Below, in pieces: positions 8,943 through 18,726 of a stretch of DNA of 64,000 nucleotides. The notes beneath the pieces were generated by a model. That model worked only from the letters and a program-made list of their open reading frames with translations, was not told the DNA's origin and searched no databases. Source of the DNA: a virus (lineage: Duplodnaviria; Caudoviricetes); the IMG/VR virus record IMGVR_UViG_3300047576_000104, positions 1 through 64,000 of that record. One strand, given 5' to 3'. Each line of letters begins with the position of its first letter. Position 1 is the first letter of the stretch. The position numbers and the translations under genes were made by a program.

Positions 8943-10542
8943 GTGACTGCTATCAGCGACTCCGATGCCGGGTTCGGGTCTGAGGCTGGCAGTACTGCTC
9001 TTGTGCAGTCGAACCAGGCCAATTCTGGCATGACTGCCGTGACCAGTCAGACTGTCACCCTGCCCCACGGAGTTGCCCAGGGAAACCTGCTTGTAGCCAG
9101 CGTGATGTGCGGCAGCAACGCACAGGCAATAGCTGCTCCGGCTGGCTGGACGCAGGCAGTAATCAATCAGCCAGCCGGAGCTGCTGCTATTGAGGCGGCA
9201 ATCTGGTATGCCGTGGTGACTGCCGGGATGGCCGGGCAGACCAGCTGGACGTTTACCACCGGGTCTCCCGTTTCCATGGCTGTCGTCATGTCGGAGTTCT
9301 ACTCCCCTTACGGGTGGCTGCCCAATCCGCTGGATCAAGTGTCTCAGGGTGGCACGCAGCCTTTTTCTTCTACTTCTACCAGCATTGACTCGGGCACTAC
9401 CCCATTTACCGAGCAGCCACTTGAGCTGTGTATCGCCTGTCTGGTATATAAGGGAGCAGGACAGGCATATAACGGCATTGCCAAGGGCTTTTCTATTGTT
9501 CAGGATAGTCCAGGCGGTGGTAATTCCCTCACAGAATTGTTTCTGGTCTCTACGGTTTCCTGGTCAGCCAATGCCAAATATCAGCTGTGGGGATTTCCTG
9601 TGTACTGGGCCGGCTGCATTGCTACGTTCATGCCTAATGTTCCGATTCCTGTCAGCAGCCGTGACTCTGGTACCGGAAGCGATTCGTCACTGCTGACGGC
9701 ACTGGCGGCGGACCTGGATGCAGGCACCGGCACGGATATCGCTGTTGCCGGCCGGTTCGTATCTCCTGTACGTCACTGATTCCGACGCAGGCACCGGCAC
9801 GGAGGCACAGAGTCTGCCCTTGCCCCTGCTTGTGCAGTCTGCGGACTACGGCTACGGCAGCGACACAGGCGGCATCGCCAGCATGACACGGCCTCCGCTG
9901 ACTGCACTGCCCATCTTCGAGGGATTCAGCCTGTCCCGGGTGGCCGTGCTCGGCGGCAGTGGAGAGTACGGCAGTGGAGAGTACGGCAGTGGAGAGTACG
10001 GCAGTGTTGGCGGCACAGAGTCTGTCCAGCTCTTCGGAGCACAGTCGATCACTATCACCCCGACCATTACGTCATCCGCCATGAAGTCCGATGACTGGGA
10101 CATCGGCGTCTGGCTGGACCTGACCAAGGCAGATGTCACGGTGACCAACGGATTCATGTCCTGGGCCGCTATCTCCAGCCTGTCCGGGGTCGCTGTCGTC
10201 AGCTCTGGTGCCAGCCCCAGCGACTACTACGGCCTTCCGCTCTGGACGCAGTACCAGCACAACACGCCAGCGGTTCCCATAGCATTCAGGATGTCGTCTC
10301 GTGACAGCAGGTCCGGGACACGCACTCTTGACTTCGCGCTCTACCGGGTGCAGCTGTCCGTGCTCAACTACACGGGACTGGTCTACAAAAACGGGCTTGG
10401 CGTGTCCTATGCAGGCACTGTCCTGCTCAGCAGCACGGATGAGGCAGGGAATGCCCTGCCTTATCTGGAGATCGGCCGGATCGTCTCCTCTCCTGGCAGC
10501 CTGACTGGCACGCTCGGTCCGCTAGCGCTTCAGGGAGTGTGA
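8943..10542 (+). CDS. Virion protein: beta-rich N-domain, D-x-G-x-G-x-[DE] repeats, C-terminal tail-tube-like domain; frameshift near 9750-9770
   Basis: ORFs 8943..9779 and 9718..10542 share the DAGTGT[DE] repeat across the junction. The tail-tube resemblance of the C-terminal part is an inference. Confidence 0.55.
9955..10005 (+). repeat. 15-bp tandem repeat x3+ (GGCAGTGGAGAGTAC; GSGEY)
   Basis: Directly visible. Confidence 0.95.
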
Positions 10543-10582
10543 TCACGATAGTGATGCGCATGAGGCGTAGACGGGAGCGGTC

Positions 10583-13279
10583 GTGACTAACGCACTGCCC
10601 ATTCAGGGAGCCAGCTCCAACGTCTGGGGCACGCTGCTCAACAACTGGCTCCTGGTCGCGCACAATGCTGACGGCACCCTGATCAACCTGGTTCCGACCG
10701 CTGTCCAGACGGTTAACTACACTGCCTCGGCCGGCCAGCTGGTGACGATGGACACGACCAGCGGGTCGTTGACGGTCACCCTGCCTGCTGCTCCTGAAAA
10801 TGGCACACCGCTTTGCGTGAAGATGGTCACGCAGGGCTACACCAGCGGAGTACCGAATACGGTCACTATTGCTGCTGCCGGATCTGATGTTTTCGAGAAA
10901 CCAGGCGGGGTGACGTCTGTTACCTTGAAGCTGTCAGGGCAGGGCAAGGTACTTCAGTACATCTCTGGTATCTGGACCACGACCTCCGATGACCTGCCCC
11001 TCGGGCAGTTGGATAACAGGTATCAGTCTGTCTTTAGTGTGCTCAGCTATGGTGCTGACCCGACGGGCGTCGCAGATTCCACTACGGCTATCCAGGCTGC
11101 AATCAACGCAGCAACAGGTTCAGCTAACCCGGTAACAACAATCAGAACTCCAATCTCTCCAGTGTACATTCCAGCAGGAATTTACAAGATCACAAGTGAT
11201 CTTGTCATCCGTTCAGTAGAAGCGTTTCACTTGATTGGTGCCGGACAAGATATTGTTCAGATTAAACCCTCTGGAACTAATTTCGTGCAGGCGGCGCTGT
11301 TCATTAACGGTAGTGCAGATAGTCTTTTCGAAGGGTTTCTCATTCAGGGTGACGGTACTGAGTCGCTGATTGATGCGATCCGCCTGGATTGGGTAACGCC
11401 AACGGCGCGCAGTGACACCCTCTGCGTCACCAACTCTACTGTGACTGTTGCCAACACCAAGTGCAATGGATATGATGTCGGAGGCACTGTTACCGGTACT
11501 GGTATCCCAGCTAGTACTACGGTGGTTTCCGTTATCCCCGGAGTGAGCTGGACCCTCAGTAATGCTGCTACGGCAAGTGGAACTGTAACGCTTTCTATCG
11601 CAACGCTGTACGCTGCTGCAAGAAGTACCACTGGAAATAGATTCAGAGACGTTCGTGTAAAGAGCACAAACTTCGTTACCGGTATCAGCCTTGAAGGTAA
11701 CGGCTCTGTGCAGGTTGACGGAACTGTTTTTGATAATGTCGTGGTCTCTGGAAGCCAGGCACAGGGGACGTGGAGTAACACCACGTACTGGCAAAACGGT
11801 TTCGCTCTCGGGAACGGTTCTTTCGGTAACAACTACGACCATGAAGCCTTCGGTTGTGACGCTAGCGCCTGCATCAACGGCTGGAAAGTCAATGCTAGCT
11901 CAGTTGGTCTTTTCGGAAGTCAGCCGGCGGGAAACTTCACTGACTTCAATATCGTGCCCGGAGCACAGTGTACCTTTGAGAACATTCAGTCTCAAAACTG
12001 CAATAGGTTTATCAGTACTATTAATGCGTTCTCTCCGATTCCGGTTTCTTTCCGCGACTGCCTTATCAAGACGACGTATGCCAATGCTTCCGGAATTTTG
12101 GCTAATATTTTCGGTGGAGTGTGGCATTTCGATAACATCAGTGCTGTACCATGGCAAATCGCCGGCAGCGGCGTTTACTCTGGAGCAATCTTCAGTATTT
12201 CAGGGAGCGCGGCGAACCGGCCGAGCACAGTTACTTTCGACAGCATCGTATGCGGGAACACCAAGGTTGCGTGCATTGTCCCTACTGGAACATTCCCTGT
12301 CACTATCAATTCCAGAAATTTTGTCAACTATAGCAGTACTACCGGGAACAGTGCCGCCCCGGTCGCCGGGGACATCAGCTCGTTCTGGTCCGGAACCGGG
12401 TCCGGCGGGGCCTGGACGAATACCGACTCTGGCTCCGTGGTTATCGCGCCGCAGGTCAACTTCTTTACGGCCAACGGAACCTGGAACAAGCCAGCCGGAG
12501 CGGTCACGGTTCACGTAACAGTCCTTGGAGGAGGCAGCGGCGGCGGCGCAGGTGCTTCAGGGACGTCCGGGACAGTACAGTGCGGTGGCGGTGGCGGCGC
12601 TGGAGGAGTGCTCCTCTCACGGGAATTTGTTGCTTCCGACCTGCCATCAACCGTACCTATCACGATCGGCGGTGGCGGCAACGGCGGGGCTTCTGTTACC
12701 GGGTCATCAGGCAACACCTCGGGTACTGCAGGCAGTTCCGGAGTGCAGACCTCGTTCGGTTCGTATCTCACCGGGCAGCTGGGCTACCCCGGATCTGGTG
12801 GCACTACCACCTCGGGAACCGGTGCCGTCTCCATTTACGGCGTTGGCGGAGGCAACACAGGCGGCGGCGGCTCGGCGTCTGCAACTGGCGGAGCAGGCGC
12901 GCAGCAGAACCAGAATGCGCTTCCTGGCGGGGTGGGCGGTGCGCCAGGCGGCGGGATCACAACCGGGGCTGTAGCGGGGGCTGGCGCGGCAGGCACTAAG
13001 CCGCTTATCGCCAACGACGCTATTGGCGGGTCCGGCGGCGTGGTTGGCGGAGCGTCACCTACCAGTGGTACCGCCTCTGCTCTTGCCAATGGCTCGGTAG
13101 GGCCATCTGCCGGCGCTGGGGCAGCCTCGACAACCGGTGCGGCGCAGGCGGGCGCGAATGCCCTGGCGAACAGCGGCGCAGGCGGCTCAGGCGGCGGAGC
13201 CTCACTCAACGGGTCGGCATCTGGCGCGGGCGGCAACGGCGGTTCCGGCTGGGTCCTCGCCATCACGTATTTCCAGTGA
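10583..13279 (+). CDS. Tailspike / receptor-binding protein with pectate-lyase-like beta-helix and Gly-rich C-terminal domain
   Basis: SVLSYGADPTGVADSTTAIQAAINAA...VYIPAGIYKITS (Pectate_lyase_3 N-cap); FTANGTWNKPAGA...GGGSGGG Gly-rich domain. Confidence 0.85.
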   Translation: MTNALPIQGASSNVWGTLLNNWLLVAHNADGTLINLVPTAVQTVNYTASAGQLVTMDTTSGSLTVTLPAAPENGTPLCVKMVTQGYTSGVPNTVTIAAAGSDVFEKPGGVTSVTLKLSGQGKVLQYISGIWTTTSDDLPLGQLDNRYQSVFSVLSYGADPTGVADSTTAIQAAINAATGSANPVTTIRTPISPVYIPAGIYKITSDLVIRSVEAFHLIGAGQDIVQIKPSGTNFVQAALFINGSADSLFEGFLIQGDGTESLIDAIRLDWVTPTARSDTLCVTNSTVTVANTKCNGYDVGGTVTGTGIPASTTVVSVIPGVSWTLSNAATASGTVTLSIATLYAAARSTTGNRFRDVRVKSTNFVTGISLEGNGSVQVDGTVFDNVVVSGSQAQGTWSNTTYWQNGFALGNGSFGNNYDHEAFGCDASACINGWKVNASSVGLFGSQPAGNFTDFNIVPGAQCTFENIQSQNCNRFISTINAFSPIPVSFRDCLIKTTYANASGILANIFGGVWHFDNISAVPWQIAGSGVYSGAIFSISGSAANRPSTVTFDSIVCGNTKVACIVPTGTFPVTINSRNFVNYSSTTGNSAAPVAGDISSFWSGTGSGGAWTNTDSGSVVIAPQVNFFTANGTWNKPAGAVTVHVTVLGGGSGGGAGASGTSGTVQCGGGGGAGGVLLSREFVASDLPSTVPITIGGGGNGGASVTGSSGNTSGTAGSSGVQTSFGSYLTGQLGYPGSGGTTTSGTGAVSIYGVGGGNTGGGGSASATGGAGAQQNQNALPGGVGGAPGGGITTGAVAGAGAAGTKPLIANDAIGGSGGVVGGASPTSGTASALANGSVGPSAGAGAASTTGAAQAGANALANSGAGGSGGGASLNGSASGAGGNGGSGWVLAITYFQ

Positions 13280-13335
13280 GAGATGACCCCGATTATTTAG
13301 GTAAGCACGGTCCTGCCTGAGAGGGGCTGGTTATC

Positions 13336-13776
13336 ATTCCGGCGAACACCGCTCCGATCTTCACCCTGACACCGGACATCCAGTGGGGCAGCGTCGACGA
13401 CAACTCGGGTGCGACCGCAGGCCCGATCCTGTCCGCGAACACGGCGATGGACGGTACCGGGTTCGTCACTACCGTGTTCACGGCCGGGGCAAACGGGTCG
13501 TATGTTTCGCAGCTGATCGCACGCCCGGTCGGTTCGAATGTTGCGACTGTGCTGCGGGTGTTCATCAACAACGGCTCTTCGAACGGAACACAGGCGAACA
13601 ACTGCCTGTATACCGAAGCCACTCTGCCTATTTCGACGGCGAGCGCTGTCTCGGCCCTTCAGGGCATCAGCATCCCGCTCAACTTCGCGTTGGACGGCGG
13701 ATACAAGATCAACGTCACCCTCGGCACAGCAGTGCTTGGCGGATACCGGGTTATGGTAGTTGGCGGTGATTACTAG
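13336..13776 (+). CDS. Small virion/tail-associated protein
   Basis: Frame is open upstream of the ATG at 13447 to (I)PANTAPIFTLTP after a GAGGGG RBS; ends GGDY. Confidence 0.6.
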   Translation: MPANTAPIFTLTPDIQWGSVDDNSGATAGPILSANTAMDGTGFVTTVFTAGANGSYVSQLIARPVGSNVATVLRVFINNGSSNGTQANNCLYTEATLPISTASAVSALQGISIPLNFALDGGYKINVTLGTAVLGGYRVMVVGGDY

Positions 13777-13778
13777 AA

Positions 13779-14681
13779 ATGCCAGATTACTTCGGCCTAC
13801 CGGATAATTCTGAGCGTTCGCAGTGGTTTAATTACACCGGTTCATGGCAGGTCTGGAATAAGCCTCGCGGCATCACGATGGTCCATATGCTCTGTATCGG
13901 GCCTGGCCAAGGAGGCGCAGGCGGTTATTCAGCGGGCGGCGCAACGTATGCAGGAGGCGGAGGAGGAGGTTCACCCGGTGGAATGTCAAGCCTTGTTATA
14001 CCTGCTGCCTTTTTGCCTGACATCTTGTATATCTATGCGGCAGGCGGAGGACTAGGAGGAATCGCCGGTTCAGCTGCTGGAACCGTTCCGACAGCGCTAT
14101 CAGCAATTTCTGCTTATCCCGTAGCTGCTGCTCTTGGACAGGCGGGGTCGGCTTACCTCTGGTCATCAGCGGCCCAAGGGACAGCTCCAGGCGCAGGGAC
14201 GTCCTCAGGCACTTCGCCTGGTGGTACGGTTACAACTGTATGGACGCCAGTTAACGGGTTCCTCGCCACTGCAGGGACTTTTTCAGCCGCAGTAGGTTTT
14301 GGTGGAGGACAGTCCGGTACGCCTCCAGCTGCAATTAACTTTTATTACAGCTCATGTCTGGGTCTCGGGAATGCTGGCGCCATTACCACTGGCTCGGTTA
14401 ACTTTGCTGGAGGAGGGTTTGTATTCCAATCAAGCGAAGTATTCCTGCCCACCGTCAACGGAGGAGCGGCAGGCGGAGGACGAGGCCAGGATGGGTTTGC
14501 TATCCGTCAGCCGATGTGTTTTATCGGCGGTGCGGGCGGTGGATCTAACTTCTCCGGAACAGGCGGTGCTGGCGGTAACGGTGCGATCGGCTGCGGCGGA
14601 GGCGGCGGCGGCGGAGGAGTTGTCGGAGGAGCGGGCGGCAACGGCGGTCCTGGCTTGGGGGTCGTAACCGCGTGGTTATGA
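13779..14681 (+). CDS. Glycine-rich virion protein
   Basis: WQVWNKPRGITMVHMLCIGPGQGGAGG, paralogous to the tailspike C-terminal domain. Confidence 0.75.
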   Translation: MPDYFGLPDNSERSQWFNYTGSWQVWNKPRGITMVHMLCIGPGQGGAGGYSAGGATYAGGGGGGSPGGMSSLVIPAAFLPDILYIYAAGGGLGGIAGSAAGTVPTALSAISAYPVAAALGQAGSAYLWSSAAQGTAPGAGTSSGTSPGGTVTTVWTPVNGFLATAGTFSAAVGFGGGQSGTPPAAINFYYSSCLGLGNAGAITTGSVNFAGGGFVFQSSEVFLPTVNGGAAGGGRGQDGFAIRQPMCFIGGAGGGSNFSGTGGAGGNGAIGCGGGGGGGGVVGGAGGNGGPGLGVVTAWL

Positions 14682-14689
14682 AGAGTAAT

Positions 14690-15376
14690 TCAACGAGCCT
14701 TGCTTGTGGGGAACATACCTCGCAAAACGTTGCTGACTGTTTGTTGGCTGCATGCGACTTCGTGTGCAATGGCTGCCTGAGACAGGCCCTCTGCTCGAAG
14801 TGTGAATATCCGTTCATCCCTGATTTTTCCAGCGGCTTGCTGTTCCAGGCTGCTTTGCCCTCCTGGGAGGGCACCTCGTTGCGAACGCATCGTTTCACGC
14901 TGACAAGCTCGGCAGTGACGCACGTCTTCGTACCAGTACGTGTTCTCCTCTGTGTATTCATGACCGTGCTTGCACACCGGGAGATTCAGCTTCTGTCGGA
15001 AGGGGCGTCCCTGCTGTCGTGTGTCCTCCCGGTTCGCCAGGCGCGTGTCCCATCGGATATTTTCCAGGTGGTTGTTAGCCGGGTCCGGATCTGGGTGATG
15101 GCAGCACTCCTGGCTGGCTGGGCATGGCCCGACGAACGCTTCCAGTACCAGTGTGTGAATGAACTTGTGCGCCTTGACTCCATCCTTGGACAAAACTACC
15201 TGGAGGTAGCCTTTCTTGTCAGGCTGTGGCTTCAGGATCAGCTCAGGGTGCCAGTGCTTGTTCTGATCTATGCGCGCCAAGCTCCGGACTCGGCCCCAGT
15301 TAGAGATGGCGTAGAAACCTTCGTAGTTAAAAGCTGGAAGCCAGCGTTCGGCGGGGTATGGAGGTATCTCAGTCAT
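14690..15376 (-). CDS. NUMOD4-HNH homing endonuclease with C-terminal HTH
   Basis: ERWLPAFNYEGFYAISNWGRVRS (NUMOD4); IHTLVLEAFVGP...CHH...NNHLENIRW (HNH); LSQAAIAHEVACSQQTVSNVLRG (HTH). The ORF-track extension to 16105 is antisense shadow of the repeat gene. Confidence 0.9.
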   Translation of the reverse strand: MTEIPPYPAERWLPAFNYEGFYAISNWGRVRSLARIDQNKHWHPELILKPQPDKKGYLQVVLSKDGVKAHKFIHTLVLEAFVGPCPASQECCHHPDPDPANNHLENIRWDTRLANREDTRQQGRPFRQKLNLPVCKHGHEYTEENTYWYEDVRHCRACQRETMRSQRGALPGGQSSLEQQAAGKIRDERIFTLRAEGLSQAAIAHEVACSQQTVSNVLRGMFPTSKAR

Positions 15377-15410
15377 GCCCATAATATTATCACGTGCTGG
15401 TGATGCGCCC

Positions 15411-16478
15411 ATGGCCGTAGTTCTGTTCGACGGAAGCACAGGGCCTGTCGCTCTCGTGCTCGGTACCGGTAAAACCGCCGTTCCGCAGTTCCCGTGGCCC
15501 GCCGGGCAGGGCGCTACCGTTCTGTATAGCGAGTCGAAATCCTCTGCGGTCGTTGTCACAAGTGCTGATACCGGATCTGGCTCTGAGAGTTCAGCTTTGC
15601 ATGTCGCCCTTGCTGACGCCGGGTCGGGCTCTGATACAGCCGGTTTGGCAGTGATTACCGCAAGCCTGGATGCAGGGGCAGGCGCTGAGGTATTTGCCCT
15701 GATCACGTTTTCTGCTGCCTCTGATACTGGCTCTGGGTCTGACATTGGCAGCTTGTCAGCAGCCGTTTTGGATTCTGATACTGGCTCTGGGTCTGACATT
15801 GGCAGCTTGTCAGCAGCCGTTTTGGATTCTGATACTGGCTCTGGGTCTGACATTGGCAGCTTGTCAGCAGCCGTTTTGGATTCTGATACTGGCTCCGGTA
15901 ATGATTCTGCTATCCTGAATGTCTTTGTTAACTCCTTTGATACTGGTTCCGGTAATGATTCTGCTGAGGTGGAGGATTCTGCCTCTGATTCCGGGTCTGG
16001 TATAGATACTGCTTCTGTTGTTGTTTTTGTGCTGTCCGCTGATGCTGGATCTGGTACAGAGGATAGTGCCCTGTTTGTGCTTGTCTCGGATGCCGGATCT
16101 GGCATAGAGGCCGGTTCGCTGACTGCTTATGTTTCTGACTCGGAGGCTGGTTCCGGGGTTGAAACTGCGTCACTGACACTTGCCACTGCGGATACCGGAT
16201 CTGGCGCAGAAACCGCCGTTGTCATCGCCCTGGCCGATTCTGCTGACATCGGTTCAGGGGGTGAGACAGGCAGTCTGACAGCCTCAGTTGCTAGTCTCGA
16301 TGCTGGTTTTGGCTCTGAGACTGGATCTGCCCTTCCGGTTGCCCCGGCAGGCCTGGCAGCAGCGGATCTTGTCCTGCTGGCCTCAGCTCCGCAGTTGATC
16401 TTGCACGTGACTGGCTCGGCCGAACTGGTTATGCTTGTTGCACAGGCTCAGCGAACATTTACGGAAGTGACGGTCTGA
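15411..16478 (+). CDS. Ser/Asp/Gly-rich repeat virion protein (~18-aa D-x-G-x-G-x-[DE] repeats)
   Basis: About 16 repeats such as SADTGSGSE, DSDTGSGSD, SDAGSGIE. Confidence 0.7.
   Translation: MAVVLFDGSTGPVALVLGTGKTAVPQFPWPAGQGATVLYSESKSSAVVVTSADTGSGSESSALHVALADAGSGSDTAGLAVITASLDAGAGAEVFALITFSAASDTGSGSDIGSLSAAVLDSDTGSGSDIGSLSAAVLDSDTGSGSDIGSLSAAVLDSDTGSGNDSAILNVFVNSFDTGSGNDSAEVEDSASDSGSGIDTASVVVFVLSADAGSGTEDSALFVLVSDAGSGIEAGSLTAYVSDSEAGSGVETASLTLATADTGSGAETAVVIALADSADIGSGGETGSLTASVASLDAGFGSETGSALPVAPAGLAAADLVLLASAPQLILHVTGSAELVMLVAQAQRTFTEVTV
15720..15897 (+). repeat. 54-bp near-perfect tandem repeat x3+ (SDTGSGSDIGSLSAAVLD)
   Basis: ctgatactggctctgggtctgacattggcagcttgtcagcagccgttttggatt recurs with period 54. 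Confidence 0.95.
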
Positions 16479-16792
16479 TGACTCTCTACTCTGGAATGAG
16501 CATCGACCTGAAGGTGCGCGGGGCTGACGGGTTCACCCGGAAGATTATCACCGACGCGACTTGCGTGATCAACCTGTTCGGGCCACCGAAGAATCCGCAG
16601 GATAATCCGGCTGATCGGCTGAGCCCGGACTACGTGCTTCCGGCTGTCTACGATAATGTTTCCCGCTACTACCTGGCTTCGGCTTCAACAGCAGGATGGG
16701 CGTCGGGTACTTGGTGGATGCAGGGGGTTCTTACCGGCGGGGTGTCTGACTACGATGCGTTTGACTTCGAGTCCTTTACGTTGCTTCCATGA
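16478..16792 (+). CDS. Small hypothetical (possibly Ig-like virion) protein
   Basis: TGATG coupling to the upstream gene; beta-rich sequence. Confidence 0.55.
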   Translation: MTLYSGMSIDLKVRGADGFTRKIITDATCVINLFGPPKNPQDNPADRLSPDYVLPAVYDNVSRYYLASASTAGWASGTWWMQGVLTGGVSDYDAFDFESFTLLP

Positions 16793-16851
16793 GTGGTACA
16801 TTGCTGTGTAACGTCTGACATGGGTCAGGCTGTCGCGCGTGGAGTGAAATC

Positions 16852-17280
16852 ATGGCAACTGCGCCAGCTATGTTCGGTGAGCCAGTCATGTTGGCGCATG
16901 TAAGCCTGACTACGATAGTAGTAGGAGCTGTTGCATTCTTCCCCGGTCTCCACCTGACTCCGGCCGAGATGGCTGCCGTGGCGACGATTATGGTGGCGGT
17001 TACCTCAATCGTCGCTGCCCTCCTGGCCACTCCGCACAATGTTGGTGCGATCAGCGCTGGCGTAACTACGATACTGACGGCGGCTGCGTCTTTCGGGCTG
17101 CACTTGACCCCGCAGGGAACTGCTGTGGCAACCACCGCTATCGTCGCCGTCCTGGGCTACTTGCTGCGCGAGAAACTCACGCCAACGGCAGGCGCTAAGT
17201 TATGGCGGAACAGGCTCTGGCCGATCCGTCCCCGGAGTACTTCAGCCCGGTGGACGCTTCTGAGGTCTTCTTGCGGGTAG
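16852..17280 (+). CDS. Holin-like membrane protein (4 TM, internal duplication)
   Basis: Four hydrophobic segments; GLHLTP repeated; LREKLTP tail typical of actinophage holins. 3' end uncertain. Confidence 0.6.
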   Translation: MATAPAMFGEPVMLAHVSLTTIVVGAVAFFPGLHLTPAEMAAVATIMVAVTSIVAALLATPHNVGAISAGVTTILTAAASFGLHLTPQGTAVATTAIVAVLGYLLREKLTPTAGAKLWRNRLWPIRPRSTSARWTLLRSSCG

Positions 17281-17924
17281 GTGGCCTGCTGGCCAGTGTC
17301 AGCACTGTCACTGAGGCGTATGAGATCCTGGAGGAAGCACCAGGGCTCATGGTCAGGCAGCCTCTGGCTCACTACAAGAACCCGCTAGCTCGCTGCGATT
17401 ACCATGCCGAGGCTGCTCCGTACCGGGAGCAGTACTACCTGAAGCTCAAGCATCAGGGGCTTCGGGGCGCGTCTGCTCCTCCGACGACTAAGTATGCGTT
17501 TATGCATGCACTGCAGGCACGGTCGCAGGCCGCCATGAGCATGGCTCCGCTAGTAAGAGCTATGCCGCTGGTAGCGGAGGCGTACGCGGCTATGGCTCAG
17601 GATTTCAGCTATGTGGCGGCCATGAGCCAGATGGCTACCAGCATCCTCGGGAAACAGCACGCCTGGCGGCTGCGCTCAGAGTTGCGGCAGGCCCAGGGTG
17701 AGGCCATGATCGAGTGCTCAGGGCACGAGTTCGTCTGTGAAGCTCAGTCAGCTTGCGGCACCGGAGATTGCAAGTTCGCGCAGGGAATTTACACTCAGCT
17801 TGCTTCGATAGCACAGCCAGGAAAGACGCCCCGTCCAGCGAATCATGCTGTTGGCGGGGCGTTCTCGTCTGACTCGTCCCTGGCGGAGCTGGAGAAGCTC
17901 GTGCCGTTCCGGGTAACCCACTGA
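17202..17924 (+). CDS. Hypothetical protein
   Basis: 240-aa ORF. Confidence 0.55.
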   Translation: MAEQALADPSPEYFSPVDASEVFLRVGGLLASVSTVTEAYEILEEAPGLMVRQPLAHYKNPLARCDYHAEAAPYREQYYLKLKHQGLRGASAPPTTKYAFMHALQARSQAAMSMAPLVRAMPLVAEAYAAMAQDFSYVAAMSQMATSILGKQHAWRLRSELRQAQGEAMIECSGHEFVCEAQSACGTGDCKFAQGIYTQLASIAQPGKTPRPANHAVGGAFSSDSSLAELEKLVPFRVTH

Positions 17925-18032
17925 CATGATGCAGCAGCGCTGGTTTGATGAGGTGGACTACTGGCTGACGACAGGGCAGTTGTTTCCTCTTATTCGCACG
18001 CACCGGAACAGGCACTGGAGGAGGTACCTGTC

Positions 18033-18251
18033 ATGCCTGAGCTGAGTACGCAGGTCCACGACGAGGGATGGGGCGTCATCCGTCCCGGCGACCGCAAAGT
18101 GCACTACTACCGCGACGGGCGTTCCCTGTGCCGTCGGGTCGGGTTCTACGGTGGGCCTCTCTACCCGGAGGACGGAAACAGCGGGAGCCTGGACGATCAC
18201 AAGGAATGCCGGACGCTCCTGAACCGAGAGCGAGCTAAGGCGGCGAAGTAG
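18033..18251 (+). CDS. Small hypothetical protein (HYY...SLC...C, possible Zn-binding)
   Basis: Strong GGAGGAGG RBS. Confidence 0.6.
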   Translation: MPELSTQVHDEGWGVIRPGDRKVHYYRDGRSLCRRVGFYGGPLYPEDGNSGSLDDHKECRTLLNRERAKAAK

Positions 18252-18252
18252 T

Positions 18253-18726
18253 GTGTCTGAGCTGAATGCCCAGCAGGCAATGGAGCAGGCAGTACATCAC
18301 GCTCGGGCTCAGCTGGTTAACGGGGCGCTGGTGCAGGGCACTCTGGAGCATCTGTGGAGGATCGCCTTCGCGGCCGGCGTGCGGGCCGGGCAGCAGGCCA
18401 TGCTTTCCCCTGCTATCCATGAGCCGCTGAGGTCTGAATTGCAGGCAAAGATAGCCGCACGGGCCGATGGCTGGAAGTACGGGGCCTCTAATCCGCTGGA
18501 CCGGAAGCCGGGAGTGCGGTTCATCTATGGAGGCACTGATCCGGAGAAGCCAGTGTGCGAGAGACAGGCAACGGTGATGGCACCGCAGTCTGGCCGGAAC
18601 TGGATGCTGCTGGATGATACGCAGGAGCGGGTGAGGATACCTGCCCTGTGCTGGTGGCGTCCAGTTGCGGAGGAGGTGGCTGCGGATGGAGCCGGAGAAA
18701 TGGGCACTAGTGCCGGATCAGTATAG
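18253..18726 (+). CDS. Hypothetical protein
   Basis: Coupled to the upstream gene. Confidence 0.5.
   Translation: MSELNAQQAMEQAVHHARAQLVNGALVQGTLEHLWRIAFAAGVRAGQQAMLSPAIHEPLRSELQAKIAARADGWKYGASNPLDRKPGVRFIYGGTDPEKPVCERQATVMAPQSGRNWMLLDDTQERVRIPALCWWRPVAEEVAADGAGEMGTSAGSV

Noticed and set aside
15720-15897. 54-bp repeats as a CRISPR array
   Set aside because: Contiguous in-frame coding repeats with no unique spacers.
15377-16105. 471-aa minus-strand ORF as a repeat-HNH fusion
   Set aside because: The N-terminal part is the stop-free antisense of the + strand repeat gene; the HNH begins at ~15376-15382.
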